IMG/VR virus record: IMGVR_UViG_3300032250_000078
Span: 1 to 29,147 of that record
DNA length: 29,147 nucleotides
Reading direction: 5' to 3' (one strand)
Origin: a virus
Lineage: Duplodnaviria > Caudoviricetes
A program made the position numbers and the translations under genes. This document shows, piece by piece, positions 25,212-29,147 of this stretch. Position 1 is the stretch's first letter, and each line of letters starts with the position of its first letter. Below the pieces are notes generated by a model, which ran no database searches, had not been told where the DNA came from, and was given only the letters and a program-made list of their open reading frames with translations.

Positions 25212-25778
25212 CTATACGAGACAAAGATAAAACCTTTTGCCATACAAAGCAATAAGCTCTGCTTTATCTGTGCCATTAATTATCTTCCTGGCATTTACCC
25301 AATCCTCACGCTGATCATTGAAGTACCTAGCTAAATTAACGCCAGTAAATAGGCCTTGAGTCATGCCCTTAACCAGTATATCTATAGATACATCCATTCT
25401 AAGTAAAAGCTCAGGATTATTAAGCAGGTCAAGCTTTAATAACTTGCCAAATTTCTCATAATTATCGTACCAGGTAAGCTGGACTAGTCCTCTGCCATAA
25501 TAAAGCTTGTCAGGAAATTGATAAGGCTTTAGATTTACTTTTATCTTCCTGCCGTATGGCTTGCGGATGCCTTGCCCTACTTCTTCAATTGGTTCAAATG
25601 ATCTGCTAGTCTCATGATATACTGTTGCCAAGATGTATGCTATCCATCTCTTATCGGTAATAAATTTATTACTTTCACAGTACTCCACAATAGCCAGCAT
25701 TCCCCTCAATTGATGAGGAGTAACCTTATTATAAAGGTTGTAACTTTTTAGCCTATTATGGAACGCTATTTCATTCAT
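25212..25778 (-). CDS. Endolysin, glycoside hydrolase family 19
   Basis: AYILATVYHET, YYGRGLVQLTWYDNY, ARKIINGTDKA motifs. Confidence 0.92.
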   Translation of the reverse strand: MNEIAFHNRLKSYNLYNKVTPHQLRGMLAIVEYCESNKFITDKRWIAYILATVYHETSRSFEPIEEVGQGIRKPYGRKIKVNLKPYQFPDKLYYGRGLVQLTWYDNYEKFGKLLKLDLLNNPELLLRMDVSIDILVKGMTQGLFTGVNLARYFNDQREDWVNARKIINGTDKAELIALYGKRFYLCLV

Positions 25779-26269
25779 CTTTTATTATAAGCAAATAAAA
25801 TATTGCCAATTATTGATATGCCGAGTAATATTAAAAGCCATTTTATCCAGTCTGCCTGCTTCTCATTTTTTCGTACTAAAATCTGTTGGCCTTCTACACT
25901 TTTCTTAAGGAGTATTTCGCAGCTGCTGTCTCTAATTATTTTAGTAATTGTTTTGGTTGTGGAAGGAATGGCCACAAACTTATCTTTGTAAACAATGTAT
26001 GTCTTAGGCCTTGATGGATTTGTCAAGTAAAGTGTGTCAATTACTTCTACCGGTTCTGCCTGCTCTGGACATTTAATCTCAATAAAATCATACTCCACTT
26101 TGACAGTGCTGTCAACATCAGTTTCCTTACATGGAAACTTATCACGCGCAAAGGCTGCGACTGTCTCAGGATAATTCTCATAAGCTTTATTGATGTCTTT
26201 GTTGGCCTTGTTAGATGTGTAGCAACTACTCATCATTGTTAGTAACGCTATCGTCAAAAGTCTCTTCAT
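25775..26269 (-). CDS. Unimolecular spanin candidate (lipoprotein with C-terminal TM helix)
   Basis: MKRLLTIALLTMMSS|C lipobox plus C-terminal WLLILLGISIIGNILFAY; adjacent to the endolysin. Confidence 0.75.
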   Translation of the reverse strand: MKRLLTIALLTMMSSCYTSNKANKDINKAYENYPETVAAFARDKFPCKETDVDSTVKVEYDFIEIKCPEQAEPVEVIDTLYLTNPSRPKTYIVYKDKFVAIPSTTKTITKIIRDSSCEILLKKSVEGQQILVRKNEKQADWIKWLLILLGISIIGNILFAYNKR

Positions 26270-26501
26270 AAATCTCATTAATGTAGTGTGATAAAATTCT
26301 AAGTGATTGTCTCTTTATTTTCTTTATCCGGTTCTCATCAGTTTTGCTTAAAATGGCTGTGTCAATACTATCGATGGCAGCCATAGCATTAACTGCAGAA
26401 GTGATGTAATCATGAGAAGTAGATAAAAGTATCTCGCCATCATATTCTACTTCTTCTTCTGCAGGAGTGACGGTATCTGGTATTATTACTTTTTCACTCA
26501 T
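26226..26501 (-). CDS. Hypothetical acidic protein (91 aa)
   Basis: ORF in the lysis region with its own TAACTTTA element. Confidence 0.7.
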   Translation of the reverse strand: MSEKVIIPDTVTPAEEEVEYDGEILLSTSHDYITSAVNAMAAIDSIDTAILSKTDENRIKKIKRQSLRILSHYINEIYEETFDDSVTNNDE

Positions 26502-26505
26502 GTCT

Positions 26506-26513
26506 TAAAGTTA
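26506..26513 (-). promoter_or_regulatory. TAACTTTA -7-like element
   Basis: Same 8-mer as at 11585 and 27947; 4 nt before ATG 26501. Confidence 0.5.
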
Positions 26514-26523
26514 CGAAATTTAA

Positions 26524-27513
26524 TCAATGAAGCTTGCCGTTCACTATTTGGTAATTTTTAACTGTATAGTCACCATTTGACTCAACTAAGATATGAGCAA
26601 AGCCATGCTGAGCATTGCTAACCATTGGCGAGTAATTAGGCTTTAGCTCACATAAACAGCCTGTACTCCAGCAACTTATTATCTTGCCGTCTAGGTCTAC
26701 TTCAGGATGATGTGACGCTCTATGCAGGTGACCTACAATTAAGCTTTGTTTTGCCCTTAAAAACGCTCCTCTTGATGGATTGACTGGCGTAAACACTCCT
26801 TTAAAGATATGATGTCCATGAGTGATGGATAACTTCCCTGCTTTTACTAAAGTCTTATCATCAATCATTTTTACTTTCACCTCATTAAGTTGCAATCTTT
26901 CCTCTAGCTGAAAGTATTCATCATCCCATATCTCTCGCACTTTCATTAGTAAAAACTTTTCCCACCGGATGCAATGATTACCTTTTAGCCAGTAGATGGC
27001 AGCATCAGGGAACGCAGCACGAAGAGAGACTAAGAATTGTTTTGTAGCGTCAAACTCTTGTTTAACGCTGCGCTTCTTTGGATCAGTCTCAAACCTACTT
27101 ACCTGGTGATTATCTATAAGGTCACCATTTATGAAAATTGTGTTTACATTATTTGCCTTGCCATAATCTAGCGCAATCGTTATTGCTTGGATATTGTGAT
27201 AAGGGATATGTAGGTCAGAGATAAGCAATATATTATCACAAGCTTTAGGTAAAATAAAAGCCTCACGCTTTTCTTCGTGAGACTCTGGTAGGTTATATGG
27301 ATTTAGCGGCTTTGGTTCTGTATGAAATTCTTTGTAGGAATTTTTCTTATTAGTTTTACCAAGATTACCAGTACAATATCTTATACTTTGTCTAGCATCC
27401 TCAACATCTTTAAATAATAAATTATTCTCAGCGTATATTATGCGAGCTAATTTTAAATTAGGATAGTCAGAATACTTCTTAAGGTACTCCCGACAGATAA
27501 TTGATTTTGTCAT
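26524..27513 (-). CDS. Calcineurin-like metallophosphoesterase
   Basis: ISDLHIPYH, NGDLID, KGNH, THGH, GHLHR motifs. Confidence 0.9.
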   Translation of the reverse strand: MTKSIICREYLKKYSDYPNLKLARIIYAENNLLFKDVEDARQSIRYCTGNLGKTNKKNSYKEFHTEPKPLNPYNLPESHEEKREAFILPKACDNILLISDLHIPYHNIQAITIALDYGKANNVNTIFINGDLIDNHQVSRFETDPKKRSVKQEFDATKQFLVSLRAAFPDAAIYWLKGNHCIRWEKFLLMKVREIWDDEYFQLEERLQLNEVKVKMIDDKTLVKAGKLSITHGHHIFKGVFTPVNPSRGAFLRAKQSLIVGHLHRASHHPEVDLDGKIISCWSTGCLCELKPNYSPMVSNAQHGFAHILVESNGDYTVKNYQIVNGKLH

Positions 27514-27520
27514 GGGGTAG

Positions 27521-27748
27521 TTAGGATGGATCCTTCTTCAAGAATTCATCATTTGAGTTGGTAAGTAAATTCTTAGTTATGTAAGCAAAGGCAGCAGATA
27601 AAGCTGCAATTGTAATAGCTTTCCAATCAAATTGAAGAGAACCAGACTGCACAGTTGAGTAAGCAGCAGTGATGACACCAGTTAATACAGCAATGACCAA
27701 ACCTTTGATAAAATCTGCTTTGTTAAGGGTAAATAATGAAGACTTCAT
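27521..27748 (-). CDS. Putative holin
   Basis: 75 aa, two hydrophobic segments, charged C-terminus, lysis region. Confidence 0.65.
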   Translation of the reverse strand: MKSSLFTLNKADFIKGLVIAVLTGVITAAYSTVQSGSLQFDWKAITIAALSAAFAYITKNLLTNSNDEFLKKDPS

Positions 27749-27749
27749 A

Positions 27750-27941
27750 TTATTTTATTTTTTTGGTTGCGTAATAATAGTACCTAACTGCGAAGATACC
27801 AGATAAGATAGCGACTATAGAACCTAGTAAGGTAGCTATAGGCTGAATATCAGAGGCAACCATGCAATAAGTAGCTGAGAAGATACTGATAATTGTGCTA
27901 GAGAAGCCTAAATAAGGATGATTATCTGGAGTATTTTCCAT
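27750..27941 (-). CDS. Putative holin/antiholin-like membrane protein; start revised to 27941
   Basis: Two hydrophobic segments and a basic C-terminus (KKIK); TAACTTTA element just upstream of MENTP. Confidence 0.55.
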   Translation of the reverse strand: MENTPDNHPYLGFSSTIISIFSATYCMVASDIQPIATLLGSIVAILSGIFAVRYYYYATKKIK

Positions 27942-27946
27942 GTTCT

Positions 27947-27954
27947 TAAAGTTA
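27947..27954 (-). promoter_or_regulatory. TAACTTTA -7-like element for lysis cassette
   Basis: Recurrent 8-mer, 5 nt before ATG 27941. Confidence 0.5.
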
Positions 27955-27990
27955 CTTAAATTTTGCATATTAACCAAAGTAATCCAACTA

Positions 27991-28167
27991 TCATGCCGAA
28001 TAAATCACATACTGGATATAATCAGGCAGTTCGCAATCAGCAATCTCAAATACTTCAGGCTTTTCAACTACTGATGGATGCTCCTCAAGTGGAGCAGTCC
28101 AATCATCAGTCTTTACAACTGTATAAGTATTTGTTCCTACGCTATTGATTTGTCTGATATGTTTCAT
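27991..28167 (-). CDS. Small acidic protein (58 aa, MKHIRQINSVGTNTYTVVKTDDW...), possible fibre chaperone; not in ORF track
   Basis: TAATG coupling to the fibre stop; fills the gap before the holins. Confidence 0.7.
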   Translation of the reverse strand: MKHIRQINSVGTNTYTVVKTDDWTAPLEEHPSVVEKPEVFEIADCELPDYIQYVIYSA

Positions 28168-29147
28168 TATTGTGCTTTGTATGTGATGTTAATCTTAAAT
28201 CCTCTAGCTGATACACCAGTACCAATGAAGCCAACCTCAAAGGCTGTATTAGCTGAGTTTCTTCTGATGTATGATATTGCTACGTTACTATTGATAGTTG
28301 CAGCTGTGTTGTGAGTTGATGCAGAACCAGTATAAAGATAGCCGCTGGCACCAGTCCAACCTGTAGGAACTGCTGGAGCAGGCATATCCGATGGAAGTGT
28401 AAAGAAATAACCAGTATTAGATGCACCAGCATTCGCATATAGAGCATTGAATTGCATATTAACAGTCTTACCGATTTGTTGCCAAGTATAATTAGCAGAA
28501 GTTAGTGTTGTAGGAGCAGTACCAGTCCAAGTAATTGTATTAGTCATATTTTGCTCTGCAACATCATAAAAAGCTTGAGCAGCTACATTAGCAGCAGAGG
28601 CTGTGTTGTTAGCCATTATTGTATTTGCTGAAATACTTTTGCGCTGAAATACTGATGTGTCTGATGCTCCTATTTTATTATTGAATGTAGTCCAATTAGA
28701 TGATGATAATGCACCTCTATTTGTAGCTGATGCAGTAGGTAAATTAAATGTATGGGAAGTACCTGTAGACACTATCTTAAAATCAGTACTATCTGTTCCC
28801 GTTACCATTGTCTGCGCTGCTCCTGTAAGGGAATTAATAGCAGTAATTCCCGTACCTGCCATGATACCACTTTGCTGAGTAACAGTTAATATAGAAGATG
28901 GTATTGCTGGATGCGGAGATGTAGCACCAGCAGCCACTATCTCAACATTCACATTACTAGTTGCCCACATTAACTGCACATAATCTCCAGCGGCTAAGTC
29001 AAGAACATAATTCCAAGCTGCTACAATTGGAGATGCATTGGCACTACCAGTAAGAACAACTTTTCCTGTAGTAGATGGGATGTCAATACCATTTTTTCTA
29101 ACCCAAATATCAGCAATCATGTTACCACTACCACCTGTCTTTTCAAG
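28167..29147 (-). CDS. Tail fibre / receptor-binding protein, C-terminal part
   Basis: Continuation of 1641->1; end of the BclA/C1q-like domain (IWVRKNG...LDLAAGDYVQL), linker, and an RBP-head-like terminal domain (YTWQQIGKTVN...FTLP). Confidence 0.88.
   Translation of the reverse strand, partial: LEKTGGSGNMIADIWVRKNGIDIPSTTGKVVLTGSANASPIVAAWNYVLDLAAGDYVQLMWATSNVNVEIVAAGATSPHPAIPSSILTVTQQSGIMAGTGITAINSLTGAAQTMVTGTDSTDFKIVSTGTSHTFNLPTASATNRGALSSSNWTTFNNKIGASDTSVFQRKSISANTIMANNTASAANVAAQAFYDVAEQNMTNTITWTGTAPTTLTSANYTWQQIGKTVNMQFNALYANAGASNTGYFFTLPSDMPAPAVPTGWTGASGYLYTGSASTHNTAATINSNVAISYIRRNSANTAFEVGFIGTGVSARGFKINITYKAQ
29025..29147. repeat. Terminal direct repeat, right copy
   Basis: Identical to 1-123. 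Confidence 0.97.

Noticed and set aside
28167-28500. Diversity-generating retroelement target at the fibre C-terminus
   Set aside because: No reverse transcriptase gene and no template-repeat copy of this region seen.
4308-28878. Other short plus-strand and nested off-frame ORFs in the track (e.g. 4439, 5545, 8303, 9117, 10110, 12293, 14517, 15953, 21156, 24082, 25803, 28657)
   Set aside because: They lie within or antisense to well-supported genes and show no recognisable motifs or initiation signals.

Overview
The window is a complete, circularly closed dsDNA tailed-phage genome of about 29,024 bp; bases 1-123 are repeated exactly at 29025-29147. It has an HK97-type head and a short non-contractile tail. 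A Bacteroidota host is inferred from TTTG-N19-21-TAnnTTTG promoters, no obvious Shine-Dalgarno sites, 'Q-rule' signal peptides and a unimolecular spanin. All credible genes except one are on the minus strand. The order is an early operon (Cas4-like nuclease, SSB, odd tRNA, SNF2-like helicase, HNH, VRR-NUC, primase-helicase, putative origin), then terminase/portal/head/neck/tail, a long fibre gene spanning the window ends, and a lysis cassette. No integrase, repressor or partition gene is recognisable. Three observations stand out. (1) The 832-aa fibre, whose first 515 aa are missing from the ORF track, starts with a typical cleavable Sec signal peptide and carries many Bacteroidota O-glycosylation sequons, suggesting periplasmic maturation of a virion fibre. 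(2) The short 3'-UTRs in front of both strong intrinsic terminators are complementary to translation-initiation regions of other phage genes (lysis 3'-UTR vs an AAACUAC motif before 7 early genes; capsid 3'-UTR vs the tail-chaperone leader), suggesting 3'-UTR antisense control. (3) A tRNA-like RNA has a ~20-nt D-loop insertion and a 6-nt anticodon loop. Protein-family calls come from motifs recognised by eye plus synteny; no searches were run.
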